Under the pieces are notes generated by a model that worked only from the letters and a program-made list of their open reading frames with translations, was not told the origin of the DNA and made no database searches. A DNA stretch of 63,982 nucleotides, filler included, from Dimargaris cristalligena (taxonomy: Eukaryota): assembly GCA_003614675.1 (NCBI GenBank). It is 3 parts of 3 records of this genome, joined end to end, with 100 filler letters (N's around TTAATTAATTAA, not from the genome) between each part and the next. Parts side by side here need not be neighbours in the genome. Positions count along the whole stretch, not along the records: positions 1 to 22,672 come from ML002628.1; 2 more parts are not named here. One strand, given 5' to 3'. The position numbers and the translations under genes were made by a program. Shown here piece by piece: positions 1 to 13,506 of this stretch (positions are counted from its first letter, which is position 1; each line of letters starts with the position of its first letter).

Positions 1-860
1 CAGCTTACTCTTTAGCTTGCAACTCCTCTTTTGTTTTCCCTTTTTGATATCTAGTCTAATAAACCTATTTGCCATCCTTCAAAGTCCTGTCCATCTTATA
101 GTACCTGGTCTTACTTATAGCCCATCATAACAGTTAGTACTATTCCCTATACCTAATGTAATTAGCCCACTTAGCTAAGCCTAAGCCCCACCTACTATTA
201 AAAGCCTATCCTCAGGACTTTTGATAGACTAAGAATAGTTAACCTGGGTGACAGTCCATACTGGTATAGATATTACAAAGCCAGTCAATGACTAAGACCC
301 TGCCTTTGCCATGTATGTTCTGTATTTGCACTCTACCACCAATTTCAATAAATATGAGACAAATGGCAGAGTTTGGTAAGACTAATAGGCCAAGAATCAG
401 AAGCAGGATGGTACCATAGTCATTTATAGCCATAAAGAAAAGCTGGGGCCAGTCATTGGAATATGGACCAAGGGCATTGACACCATTTGCTATAAGGCTT
501 GCAATTTGACTGCAATTACCTACCCTCTAGGTGAAATGTATACTGTTAAGTGTAAGGATTACAGATGGACCATCCCATTCAACTCTTAGAATGACTAATA
601 GTACTAGTTTTATTGTTAATATTGATAAATTAGAATGTAATAAAATAATTGATGAGCTTCTTATACTATTTAATTGAGTAGGGATATAGTCATCTAGGGG
701 ATCATGTTCAGGCTACTCAGCTGTTCCTTTTATATTAGTAACCATGACTATCAACTGGGAGATGTATTGATACACTGGCTTATTAGGATACTTGTCCTAG
801 GGTGTGCTGCATCATGTTGGGAACCCTTGAGTCAATACACCAGTAAGTGCAGCCAGGTCT
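1..860. mobile_element. Degenerate CpG-depleted transposon/repeat relic
   Basis: Essentially no CpG over about 860 nt and no long ORF; 133-253 aligns in reverse complement to 21961-22080 (GATAGGCTTyTAATrGTAGGTGGGGCTT...AGTACTAAC). Confidence 0.6.
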
Positions 861-918
861 CACCGGTGATGAATAAGGTGCTATTAGAGTCTTGGCTATT
901 CCCATTGGCACCCCTGGA

Positions 919-1064
919 ATATGGGAGAAGTTCATCCAAGCTGTATAATGAAAAATCCATTTGATGAGGCAAATACTGTTGGTTGAAAATAAACATCCCA
1001 CTGATTTTCCCATACACATATATTAGTTAAAACCCTATACAGCCGAGCTGAATTTCACCCATAT
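919..1064 (+). repeat. Dispersed ~145 bp repeat, copy A
   Basis: ATATGGGAGAAGTTCATCCAAGCTGTATAATGAAAAATCCATTTGATGAGGC...TGAATTTCACCCATAT matches 43383-43526 (direct) and 39052-39197 (inverted). Confidence 0.85.
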
Positions 1065-2530
1065 CCTCAAGATGTACCAGGGGTCTGGATATTGCTAATA
1101 GTTGGGGTGGCCTAACGGGCTGTCCGACTATACAGGCCATCTAGTTCAGTACTGGACACCTCCGGTGGTGCAGTAACAACATTATCAGCCTAGTATCCCG
1201 GCCTACTTTTCCGGCGACCTATTATGAAAACCCACGCATTAAGCCGTGTTACTAGAAAATAGGAACAACTTTGATTGGGTACGATATGGTGCACTGCAAT
1301 TATGCTTTTAATCCTTTCGTTTTAAAATCGCCCTAAATAAATACACTTACTGATAAAATGAACTTTTGACCATTAGTAGTTAGTCTGCTTCCTTGAATTT
1401 CCTTTAGGACCGCGATGGCCATCCCCTTCCGCACATTCACCCACACGTCGCCCCTATTCAGTCTCGTATTTTCCATAGTGAAGACTATTTACTCACTGTC
1501 TCATAGATATACTGCAACTACCAAGTTGGCCAATTGCAAACCAGAATTCTGGTCATATAGCTTAACTGATATCTTTGGGTAGTACAGCAAGGGTATTGTA
1601 CCTTCTGTTTTGGGCCCAGCGAGTCACGTAAAAAAACTAAATAGTAAGTGTTAGTGTGGATATAATATAATGTACCGGCTAGCTTAATAACCCGTTGGAA
1701 ATGCGAGGCCACCTATCCCTGCATATGGACAAATTTGCGTGAATCATAACACCCAGTGCACCATAAATTACCGTTGTCATCTCGACAAAAATGCAACGAC
1801 ATTACCCGAGTCTCTCCCCCCCACCCCCTCCCTTACCCGACTTCCTAAACGACTCGAGTTATAAATTTGGCTCACACTGCAGCCTACCTATTCTCCCCCC
1901 ATATCCCCCTATCCCTCTCTCCCTTTCTACTGTTGTAATCTTAGATTCTCCACTTTACGCTACCATTCGCCCACAATTTTTCTTGGCTTAGGCCCCGGGC
2001 GATGTTCGCTTATCTTTAAAGGATAGCTTGGCCGGGGTACTCTCCCAATGAGCAGCCAGCTTGAATTTATGGGGGCCTAATTGTTTCATTTCATTCGTCA
2101 CTGCCCCACAGCTCCGCACCCCTATTCGGCTTTTTGTTTGGGTAGTAAAAAATAGGATAAATTGACTCCACATGGCCTTTTGAAAGCAAGGGAATACCGC
2201 TCAATTATAAATACTAAACAGTATCTTTTTTTGGTCTACTTCGTCTTCCCGAAATTTACTGTATTATTTAGTCTGGTTGAACAGGGATGTGCAGATTTAT
2301 ATAAACCGCCACTCGCCAATTCATTTTCCCCGTCCTCGATTTTTATGTTAGTGCTATATTGTGCACCCATTCACTCGATCACCATTTTCTTTGAATAAGG
2401 CCTTATTTATATCTATATAGTATATATATATATAAAATTAGGCTTTAGGGCATACCAGTCCAGTTTTAGTTGTATTTATTCGCCCTATCTCTTCGCCACC
2501 CAATCCCTCACCCAGACTATCGATAGTAAT

Positions 2531-4325
2531 ATGAGGTTTACCTACTCTACTACGTTTGTTTGGGCCTTTTATCTGGTTTCGTACAGATCATTGTCGTCGA
2601 TAACCCTGGCCGAAGGCCCCGGAAATGAAGGTTTGGGAGCCATACTAAGCAGCGCGCCATCCCATTTCGCGAATATTCTAGACAATGCAGCTCCCAGCCT
2701 CTACTCCGGAGCGACCTTCGGGTTCAACACACCCAGTCAGCCGCTTTGGCGTGTGGACGGCCAACCCATGCCCCAATGGAGCAACGGGTCCACGCAGGGG
2801 GGGAGGCGAGAATCGCAGAATGGCGCCTACCGCGGCCTGGACCCGTCGTATGGAAACTCCCGGTGGGGGAATAGCCCTAAGCCCAACTCCAGCTCCGGTC
2901 CCTATCTCAGTGGTAAAAAGAGTGGCGCTGACCTTTCCCAGGGCTGGAGCAACTCCAACCAGTCACGTCTTACGAACTCGCGACCCAGCACTGCCAAGTG
3001 GAATAAAAACGCCCCCCAGTTGGATGGGAGGGTCCCTTCCCCGACGGCCACGGTCAACGGCCCCCGACCTATCCGGAAAAACCGACCGACGGGTCGCAAG
3101 TCACCGGGGGAAACCGCCGCCAATTCGCCGCCCCGGTGGGGAGGGTCACCACCCACGCAAGGGCAACGACCCCAGTCCCCGCAGAAACCCAAGCAGTGGG
3201 AACAACGCACTTCCCCGTCTACTCTACAGACTAAGAATACCTTCGACTTACTAAATGATGACGATAACGAAGACGACGGCCCGGACCTCAACAACTACTT
3301 GGTCGGAACCTCACCAACGCCCAGTCAACGAGTACAAAAAATGCAAGAGCTGAGACATCTCTCCATGGAGCCTAAGCCCGGCCGGCACGCCCCGCGATTC
3401 GACCGTAGTACCCTAACTCTGTTCCAGCAACTCGACCATACCGCGCAACGGTACATTCTTGTTGGGGATGTCCATGGCCAACTGGCCGCCCTGAATACGT
3501 TACTGGAAACCCTGGTATTCAACCCAACTACCGACCAGGTGATTTTTTTAGGGGACATGGTCAATAAAGGTCCCGATTCGAAGGGGGTGCTTAAACGGGC
3601 CCGAGAAATTGGGGCGAGGTGCATACGGGGTAACCACGAAGATTTCCTGTACTCGCTTTACCAAGATTTCCAAAATGGTTCAACCCGGGCCTGGGGCAAT
3701 GATTTAATCAAACTAGTCAAGTAAGTTTATTCGGCCGCCACGCTATGTGATATCAGCGATTCTCTGTCTGTTTTGGTTGAATAAATATACAAATATGTAC
3801 AAAAGGTATAATATACCAAGTCCTCACAAGCTCGGTCGATGATTTCTAACTATTGGTTATTTATATATATATATATATATATTGCGGTGGCTACTCTACT
3901 TTGATTAATTTACTAATATTTTTAGGGATATGGACGAGGCTGACTGGGAGTACCTGGATAGTTGCGCTCTAGTACTTAAAATCCCCCTAGAGGTCGGCAA
4001 TGTGATCGCAGTTCACGCTGGGATGGACACAAGCGTCTCCATCAAAAAACAAGACCCCGACCACGCCATGTATATTCCCTACCTGCGGCGTAAAACGGCA
4101 CCGTACAAGTACTACGACGCTCCCAAAGACTGGCAGAACAAGTGGGCCCAGAAACATTCCCCGGACGGCCCCGTGGTAGTGTACGGCCATGATGAATACG
4201 ATCGAGCGGCCATCATGCCCATGACCAAAGGGATAGACACTACGTGCCGTAAAGGTGGGAAATTAACAGCAATCGTCTACCCGGGAGGGAAGATACGCGA
4301 TGTACAATGCACTGCACCAGAGTAA
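2531..4325 (+). CDS. Calcineurin-like metallophosphoesterase (ApaH/Ppn2-like) with N-terminal hydrophobic signal and long low-complexity linker; exons 2531-3720, 3926-4325
   Basis: Motifs GDVHG, GDMVNKG, GNHE, VHAG, YGHD, GIDT; intron GTAAGT 3721 to TTTAG 3925 joins the two ORFs in frame (LVK-DMDE). Confidence 0.88.
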
Positions 4326-4709
4326 AAGGTATCGAACCGTAAAAGAAATTACCAAAAAAAGAAGCCCCGTTTAGTTAACTTTGGCGCTTAGTTGTTATAC
4401 CATAGATGGCCAGAGACCTAGTATTTAGATTATCGGTTTTGAAAAATTATATTCGCGGATTAGATAAAGTTCCGCTTAATTAAAGTGATATTTACCAATG
4501 CCAAATAGCTATGCGGGGGGGATGCATCCCTTTTCCGCCCCTATGATTGTTTTTCAATGAGGGACACTTGTAGTTTGGTAAATGGAAGAGGACATGATTA
4601 GATCTCGGGTTTTGCATCACAGTTTTGGGGAATGTCAAGGTACGACATGGGTGGTTGTGATTTGCCCGTTTCTTTGTGGGAAACCCAAATGTGTTTTCAG
4701 TTGCACCCC

Positions 4710-7272
4710 CTATTTTTAGATTTACTAATAGTGTATAAATGGACGGATGGTGGGAGAGGAAATGCGGCTGCCGCGGATCGCCGAGCGAATAGCAGTGGGA
4801 TGGCCAATGACCTATTGTATAACCTAGTGAGGGATGGACATTGGTTTATATTTAGCCGGTTTATTTTTAGGCTGAGCGCAGAACCTATACCCGGACGGAT
4901 TTTCATAGTTGGGGAATACCAATAGCCTTGCTGACTACGTCGTGTTTCGGGGGCCAAAGTGAAGGGTAAACATAAGAATAGGCCGCCCGCGTGGCGATCC
5001 CTTTTAACCCCCCCCCCCTTGTCATCCCACGCCAGCCAATGTGGTGGGGCGTTTTCCGCTTGAGCAGTTTTTATTTATATTTTTAAAAGATAACTATGAC
5101 GTTTGGTCAGGACGGCCCGCACGTTGCCTAAAAACGAGGCGATTTATCCCTCATTTTCCGCTTCTTTGTTGTGCTAGTATTTTAGTACGGCTATAGTCAT
5201 GTGGAATATGCCCGGAACTACCGCCCCTCACCACGTGTTATATCGACGCCCGTTCTCTAGCCACGCTTCCATTCCCACTCCAAGCTCATAGACAGCACGA
5301 TGTATCTTATTGGTTATCCCAGGCACCCGAAGCGACCTTAGGGTTTCGACTATTCTCGGGTTTGGGGTTATCATACACGTCATAGCGGAGATTACCTTAC
5401 AGGGGGGATGTCAATAAGCATCATGACCCAGCCCTTGCTAATCGGATCAAAGAATTGCCGCCATTGCAGTACAGTGGTGGTGGTGACACGCATGGATAAT
5501 ACCCAAGTCAGCATCTGTCAACTGCACAATAGGTTACTTGATTTACTATTTATCCCAATGAAACACTGGGCGGGGTCGATCCTTGGGTCACTAAATTACA
5601 CTCACTGCCAGGAAACGACCCTCAGTATCGATTAAATAATTTACAAGGGGATAATCGGGGTGCTAAACGGGGGTTTTTTCTTCAAAGGTATATAAATAGA
5701 TTTGATCGTGCAGTTTGGAATCCTGGGGACCGTTCCGTTACAGTATGGGCACGGCTATTGAGGGATTTTGTTTACTTTCCAGAAAAAATAACCCCATCGG
5801 CTACGAAACGACTACTTTTTAGAGGCTTTTTCGGTGGTATTGTTTAATCATAAGTCGTGTCGCGAATATATCGACATCCCAAGCTAGGGTTCGCAATGAC
5901 AGAATCGGGTTTGGAGGAAACCCGCCGGCTCTCCAGATATCATTTTTGATGCCTAATCTGATCATTGTTGGTGGTGTCGTCAGGTGTGACGGGCCACCCG
6001 CTCGAACCATTGTTCGTGTTTACCCCGCGGGATCCCCCCGCCTACACGCCTCGCGTGGACTAATGTAGGGTACACCAGGTCGCGCGACCATTGTCGAGCT
6101 CATCTGTCGTCCGAAAGCCCACTGGCCGAATGCTAGCCCTGGTTTCGACCAGGTTGATGTACTTTTAATGGTGCGAAATAGACTTTAGGGTAAGTGGGTT
6201 ATATTGATCGGCCTATATTGACGACGACCCCAGTTCCCACATTGGGGCTATATATAACTCGCTCCCCGACTGATACAATTAGTACCTGGCCAGCAGGTAG
6301 GCGGCGCATTGGCTTGCTATAATTAGCTGGAGTGAACCGATTACGGACGGGATGGTTCTCCCTCCCCTCTCGGCTTGCACATTGCATTCCTGCATATTTC
6401 TCGATTTTTCCGTAAGTTTTTTTTTATAGAAAGGATCGTAATAAACAGGAGAACACCCCCCCCTCTACTGAGTAAAACCTATCAGTATCAGGACCGACAA
6501 ATTAGTCTCCGGCCGAGATTAGCGTAACGCCACCTTCTATAAAGATGCCCTATTCTCGTCCGTCACAATTCGTTCGTGTTTTTTGAGTACCTCTCCTATT
6601 GTTTTTCCTGAAGAATTATCCTACGCCTCTGTTTTGCTGAAGTTCCACCTTCGTCACGACCCGTAACTACCATTCGCGCTTGGTGGATTCTCGCCACTCT
6701 CGGCCGTCAAATTACCTCTCTGCTAGTCCAATAGATTGTATTGCCTATTAATAGGTGGAGGTCGACTACTGGTTAGTCTGTTGTGAATGCCCCCTCTTAT
6801 TCTACTACCTTCCTTCATTCCTCCCTCCCTCGTCACGCGTCAGTTAAAAATAGCGCACATCCATTATACCACTCTCTGTATAATATTTCACCCCCAATCC
6901 TCTCTCACACACACAGTTATACTCGTCGCTGACATTCGCACCAGCAGTTTGGTCAGCCCCTCTTATTAATTTTTTGGGGTTTTCGGATAGGGTCGACTGG
7001 CTGACTATTGGCTGATATACTCGAGTTCGACACTCCAACCCAAGGGGGAGGAATTATTACTTTATACTCTACTCTACATTATTAATATCACCGGGATTAT
7101 TGTGAGTGGTTCGATAAGCTGCACCTGTTGGCTATATAACCTTCACTACCCGGACCCGTCTCCATTGTCCACTACCCCCCCTGCTGACTTCATCACACAC
7201 CCGGCTTTAAGTCTCCCCCAATCGCCTGGCACAGCCCCAATCCATTTTTACTTCACACCAATCTATTTTTAA
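4710..7272. promoter_or_regulatory. Candidate MEF2/Rlm1 sites (YTAWWWWTAR) upstream of the MADS-box gene
   Basis: CTATTTTTAG 4710, TTATATTTAG 4846, TTATTTTTAG 4861, TTAAAAATAG 6844, CTATTTTTAA 7263. Confidence 0.4.
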
Positions 7273-8526
7273 CTGCTCCCTTATTGTTACTATTTCTATT
7301 TTAACCCTCACGCTTGCCTGCCGGCCCCGACGCTTTCCTGTTTCCTCCAGGTCCAATTTATTTATTTTTTGCTGCCCACTTACTTTGCGACATTGCTTTA
7401 CCAGCCCACTCTACTCCTCTTCCCATTGCAGCTTGGCAACCAACCCACTCTACTCGGGTACGCTCTGAGTCTGTGTAACCCCGTCTTTGCCTTTCTGCTT
7501 ACTTGGCTTGGCCCTGTTGTACCACACTCTCTCCCCTTTGCACCTCCCAGTGCGTGTCCGTCGGCTCTTTCAGAGGCATTCGCTAACTCCTTCTATTCAG
7601 CAACTTCCTCTACCTACGCAACCCTTTTAGCTTACGCCTTCCTGTTCGTTCGCTCGTTCTTAGACTCCCTTTCCCTTTCGTTTCCTCTCTCCCGACAATC
7701 CCCTACGTAGGCCCCCTTCTGTAACCCCCTCACAGCCCACCCGTGCCTGGCCGCCGTCGTACCAACCCGACGTCATTGCCCTTCTTACTATTTTTTTGTC
7801 CCGCTGGGACCGTAAACTCCCCCCACCGCCGTCCGCGTCTTGTTTGAGTGGCCCCTGCCATAAACCTATTATACTACTCCAGTAGCTCATTAGCAGCCGC
7901 TCGCTCTTTGGTAGGCGTTGCCTTTAATACCGCGTTCTGCCTTTCCTTTGGACCACTTACATTGTGCCTTGCGTATTTCGCTTTTGGACTATTTAGTAGT
8001 AGTAATAATAGTTCTTCGGGATTATCCCTCCACTCAGCTTCTTCGGCCTATTTTATGCCCAACAGGCCCTATCCCACTTCCGCTGAATCGTCTCCTGCCG
8101 AACTCTTTGTGAGGCCCTTGTTCTAGTATTCTGACTGTCGACCGCTCCTTCTTGGCTTAGCGTCAATTGCCTCTCTTCCTCGCACCTTACTTTTACAGCG
8201 TATTCTTCGCCCACCCGGCTTATATTTCTTCGTATTCCTCCGTACCCCTCGGCTTAGCCCAACCCGGTGTTCTGATAGCAGTCCTTACCGCCATTTCACA
8301 CCTACATTCGCATTGATTGAACTATTCGCTTCTCTCCTTTACTTGGCTTCGTATTATTCCCGGCCCGCTCGACCGACGCATACACCTGCCACTGACTCCT
8401 GACTTATTTCCATAGTGCCGCAGTCTCGGCCCCTTATATCACACTATACCCGCGCGGTTTTCGCCTGAACCCCTGAGCAACCCTCCCTAAAATAGAACCC
8501 CCGGCTTTCTCGGCCCGACTTCGCCT

Positions 8527-8528
<2 letters not shown>

Positions 8529-8595
<67 letters not shown>

Positions 8596-8596
8596 C
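8529..8596. repeat. Compound (TA)n(CA)n(TA)n microsatellite
   Basis: Directly visible about 60 nt upstream of the MADS-box ATG. Confidence 0.95.
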
Positions 8597-8654
8597 TTCT
8601 AAAAAAGAGAAACTTACACACCCACCTACCCGTCATTCGACTCCACCCCTCAGG

Positions 8655-11007
8655 ATGGGTCGCAAGAAAATAAAGATCCAGCCCATTGCTGATGATCGCG
8701 GCCGCCAGGTCACCTTCCTTAAACGTAAGCAGGGGCTGATGAAGAAGGCGTACGAGCTCAGCGTACTCTGCGATTGCCAAATCGCCCTCATCATCTTCAC
8801 CTCCTCGGGCAAATTGGTCCAATTCTCCAGCTCGGACATTGACCCGATACTACTCAAGTACACCCAAACCGAAGGTCCTCAAGAGAGTAAAACGAACATG
8901 GACTTCATTAACCCCGACGGACCGGCGTATTCCCAGAATGACGACGAAGACGATCTTTTGCCGACTGACTTCGACGGGTCGCCCGAGTACCATTATCACA
9001 ATAATAGCGTTGGTCTTCAACACCCACCACCGCACGCCTCCATGACCCCACAGCCCGGTGTCAACCGCGGCCCCCACCCCCACATGGTAGCCCAGTCGCA
9101 CTCCCACTCCCACCCTCACCAGAATTACCACCACCAGCAGTCCCACGGATACCCGCCCCATGCCGCCGCACTTGGTACGCCGCCTATGGCCTACCTCCCA
9201 CAACCAACGTCGTCCATGGTTAACCCCGGCAACGGTGCCGATGCCATGGGTAATATGCGACAGCTGCCCGGCGGTGGTGGCGGGGGGCCGCCGGGTCTCC
9301 GGTCCACCTACGCCCAGCCCTCCTTCCCGAACTACAGCAACCAGGCGCCGGTCTATTCCTCGCAACCCGCCATGTCCATGGCCAACTACCCCAATGCGCT
9401 TGCCATGACAACGCCCTTCGGAACTCCTGTAAGTAGCCCTTAATTTCATTAATAATTTGCATATTTTGACCCTATACGTGTGGTCCAGGTTAGTCTACTT
9501 TAGGAATTCCCAGCCTGTGGGGCAAGCCTCCAAGGTGAACCGACGAATTGGCCGTTGAAGGAGGGGAGAGGAGCGGGTAATTTTCACTCACTCCCTCTCT
9601 CTCTTCCACCCCTCCCACATGGGTTGATGAGATCCGACCACTGTAACCATCACAAGTTACTCGTTTTGTTCGCCACTTCCCGTCCCCTGATTTCCCCCCT
9701 GTTCGGCCCCCTTAATTCCATATCCGGACTAGAGTGGGCGCCGAGACAGATTCTCCTAGAGCAAAGGTTGGCTCTGATGCACCTTATCTTCTCTACATGG
9801 GCTCCTCGGGACTTCAGCAAATATATCTATATCTAGATATATAATAGCACATTTTTATTAACCCATCCACCACCCCTGCCTTATCATATACCCACCCACC
9901 CGATGCTAGTCGATCCATTCTCAGTCCACCTTCACCAACGCCCCCGCCCACACTTCCTCTGGGTACTTGGGCTATCCAACAGCCAACAATCCCATGGGTG
10001 GTCTCAGTTTACCACCGCAGAGCCTCCCCCTGCATATGCCGACCGACCACCCCCATCCGGCTGTCCAGCTGGCCACTCCCCCCCTAGGGGCCACTTCCAC
10101 CTTTCGGGGCTCGGCCCCTATGGCCGGTGTCGAGGGGTCCCCTGGCCAAGCCGCCGTTTCCCACATGGACTCTCTCGCGATCAATGCCGATTCATTTCAC
10201 CAGTCCTCTCCACCACTCGGCGCTAACCTGGCCCGTAAACCCAGCGGCCTCCGAGTGACCATCCCCGAGAAGGCCGCAACGGCTCCCACCCCTTCCCATA
10301 CCTTGCCCGCCGTGGCTAACCCCTTCGATAATCATTCAAACCACCCCGGTGAACTGCGAAGATCGCAATCGCAAGACGATACCAGCGGCCAGAATTCCTC
10401 CAACCCGGAAAGTGGCGGTTCCGAAGGGGAGCCGCTCCTATCCACCCCCGTGGGTGAGAGTAGCAGTCCGCCCGATCGTCATTTCACAGCCACTGCCCCC
10501 CCAGCCTCGTCCGTATCCTATTACGCGCGTCCTAGTCTGACCTCGGACCACCCGCATGGCGCAATCCCAACCGCGGTGGCTACGAGTATGCCTGAGCCTC
10601 ACCAGACGACTACCAGTTTAACCAACCCCATGAATGCTACTTCCAGTTTCTACTCTGGCTTTGTACAGGGCAATGAGCTGCCGAGTCCACTTACGTTTAA
10701 TTCGACACCCACCACCGCGCTAGGGGGGTTCAACTGGCCCCCGTCGCTAGGTATGGGTCCGGGCGGTAGTGGTCCCAATGGGAGCGGTCCGAGCGAGAGC
10801 GGAATGGGCGGAACCCTGGGGCCCGGCTATTCATCACGGTCCGTCAGTGGTCCCATTCAGCCGTCGCCCCTAAAGCATGAAAATCAGGTATACGGACAGC
10901 CCAAAGCCAGCGGGTCGTCGCAGTTAAAGGGTCGTCCAAGTCCGTTGGGTGACCACTCGGAGCTATCCCCACCCCATGGCCCCGACGTTAAACGACCGCG
11001 GCATTAA
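8655..11007 (+). CDS. RLM1: MEF2-type MADS-box transcription factor (Rlm1/Smp1-like); exons 8655-9428, 9910-11007
   Basis: N-terminus [51 protein letters not shown]2-like [10 protein letters not shown] and ELPSPLTF motifs; phase-0 intron GTAAGT 9429 to CTAG 9909 is in frame. Confidence 0.93.
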
Positions 11008-12645
11008 AGGCAATGCCGAGTCGGCGACTCCCTGGTGTGTGCTGGCCACTCGCCATGGGGCTATATATTCCTACTCTTCATCTCTGGACACTGCCCATTG
11101 GTGCTATATTTTAGCCTCTATTTATTTATATTTTTTTTAAAAAAGTACTTTTATTTCCAAATCATGTCTTTTTATCAATTGCCCCCCAGTCAATGTCTTT
11201 AAGTATACAACTGCGGTTGATGTTTACTTTATGTCCAGCCCCTTTTCCTTTTCTTTCCTTTTCATTTTAGTCCACCATTTGGGGCCTAAGCAAGCCTTGC
11301 TTTCCTTATGTGCATAATTTGGATGTCTTTGATTAATCACGATTTACCTCTATCTTATCAATTTATTGATTCTCCACGCACTGGTTTTCTTATAATAGGA
11401 CCTAGCGGGCTTAGGTACTTTTCTTTATTCTTGAACTAACCTGGGCTATTTTTACTCCCATTATATCCCATTTCTCCCCTTGGATGTATCTCTAATTCCC
11501 AATACTTTGAATCCATATTGACCTAAAAGGGGTGTTTATTCCAATTCTAGTTTTCGTATCTATTGAAGCCCGCCTCCCTTTTATAACCCTTTTCTGACTT
11601 TCTTGTGCTCCATCAGGGCTGGCCGAACCTAATGCCACACCTCCCACCCTCCTTGTTCACGATTGGTTATATTCAGGGGAATGATCGGATTCTTCTACGA
11701 TCTGAGGCACGTCTGTTGGTTGGTCCTCTGCCTTTTTCAACAAATAGGGTTGCTATTATCTCACCTGACCGGTTGTTCAAGAGAGGTCTCCTTTGTCCGT
11801 CCACTGGCCAATTACAGTCCAGGTGTTGTCTGTCAGCGCGTCCTTATTTTAGTTTGATGTGTGAATATTCCGAATTGGTAGTTAGCAAGAGGGTTCCATT
11901 CAACTCCCCTCCCCACCTTTCTCCCAATTCGATCAAACGTATTCCTTTTTGTCAATGTGTACTATTTTTGTATGTATGTAGTTAGTAAATGCTGCCATCA
12001 CACTTGGTTAGAGTGAATACACTTTCTAGTATCGCAAGGCCAAATTGGGTAGGTATATTTCTCTGGAATACTGGTGTTTGGTGATTACTGAAAATAAGCT
12101 GGGTTTAATCAATTCGGCTATAATATATATACCATCAATAATAATCTGGATAAGGAAGTTAGCGCAACTACCTCATGGAATATATATATATTAAAGAAGT
12201 TGAATTCAATGCGACTAACAATAGCCCGAGAAACTCATCCTTAAAGGTCGAGTTGAATGCCCAGGGTGTGAATACGCTCGGAAACTACTCGATTCAAAAA
12301 AGGCGTAGAAAGTATTCACCTAGTCGCGTCGGTGGCTTGGTCACTTTGACCATTTCTTCTGTTCAATGGCGGTATTGTCTGGTCAATCTCTCTTACCAAC
12401 CGGACAATCGGCAACTCGCTTTTCGGACCCGACCATCTAAAAAAATGGAACCGATAAAGAGAGGTTATCTTTCATTTTTTGGGATGAAGTGAGCTTGCGG
12501 TGATTCTCACTATATTTACATTCTTTTGGCGGCACGGACAGGCAGACCAGCCGGGTATACCATCTTGGCGTAGTTTAGAATAATCAATAGCCATGGGTTG
12601 TTTGGTAGTTGGTATTCTCGCGGGTAACGCATTCAGAGGATTTCT

Positions 12646-13506
12646 TTAAATGATTACTCGGATGAATAGCATATGGTGTTCCGTTTTAGAGGTGTTCGGG
12701 TTAGGATGCCAGTGGAGCTGGCTGGAATCCTTCACAGGATGTTTCGACGTTGGTGTGGCGGGTCCTCGCCTTATATGTATGATGCTGCTTGAAGGAGTAG
12801 TAAGTCCAGAGTCATTGGCACTAGAGCTCGTAGCGGGTACTAAACGTAGGTCCAGGAAATAAGCATCCAGGAGCATCAAGGTGCTCTGATGGTGTAGCAA
12901 GACTCAAGGTGTTTATTGTAAAATAGTACTCTGGCGAAAGAGAGTTCGCTTTAAATATACAGAAATTCCCTTTCCCTCACTGAATCTCACCGTCTCTCAT
13001 GTGCACAGCAGGATGGTGTAACGGGAACAGTCATGCGCCAACGAGGCGTCAGTCAAAAGCAAACCGCTAGGACATCGTGGAAAATATTGCTATAAATACT
13101 TGAACAATAGAAAACTATGATACATTGAACAGTCGTCCACACAACATCGTCAAACAGACATTGTTTGGATAAAATTGGGCTAAACGTAGATTTGTTGAAT
13201 TGGTCATTTACAAGAGTCGTGGTGTTCATCACTGACACTCAATTATTCCGGATTACCCGACAATTGAGACACAATTGCTTGAGCAGCGCCTACACCGAGG
13301 CCATGCGCTGCAGCCGTGCTTTGTTCAGAACCAATAATTTTGCGGAAGCCGCTTTTAATAGTATTAGATAAGGGTGATTGAGGCCTACTGACAGATGGTC
13401 CAGAACCTGGGGAGGGCGTATTTGCAGCCGCGGACGTAGCCACCATGGCTAGGCTGTCAACAAGTGCCCAGATAATGAAACTACGTAGAGCAGGGTGGTA
13501 TTGCAT
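12646..13506 (-). pseudogene. Possible fragmented secreted-protein gene
   Basis: ORF at 13506 begins with a signal-peptide-like stretch, followed by short ORFs in other frames; no family recognised. Confidence 0.25.

Noticed and set aside
7369-8126. Hydrophobic ORFs upstream of the MADS-box gene
   Set aside because: Non-ATG starts; hydrophobicity follows from the pyrimidine skew.
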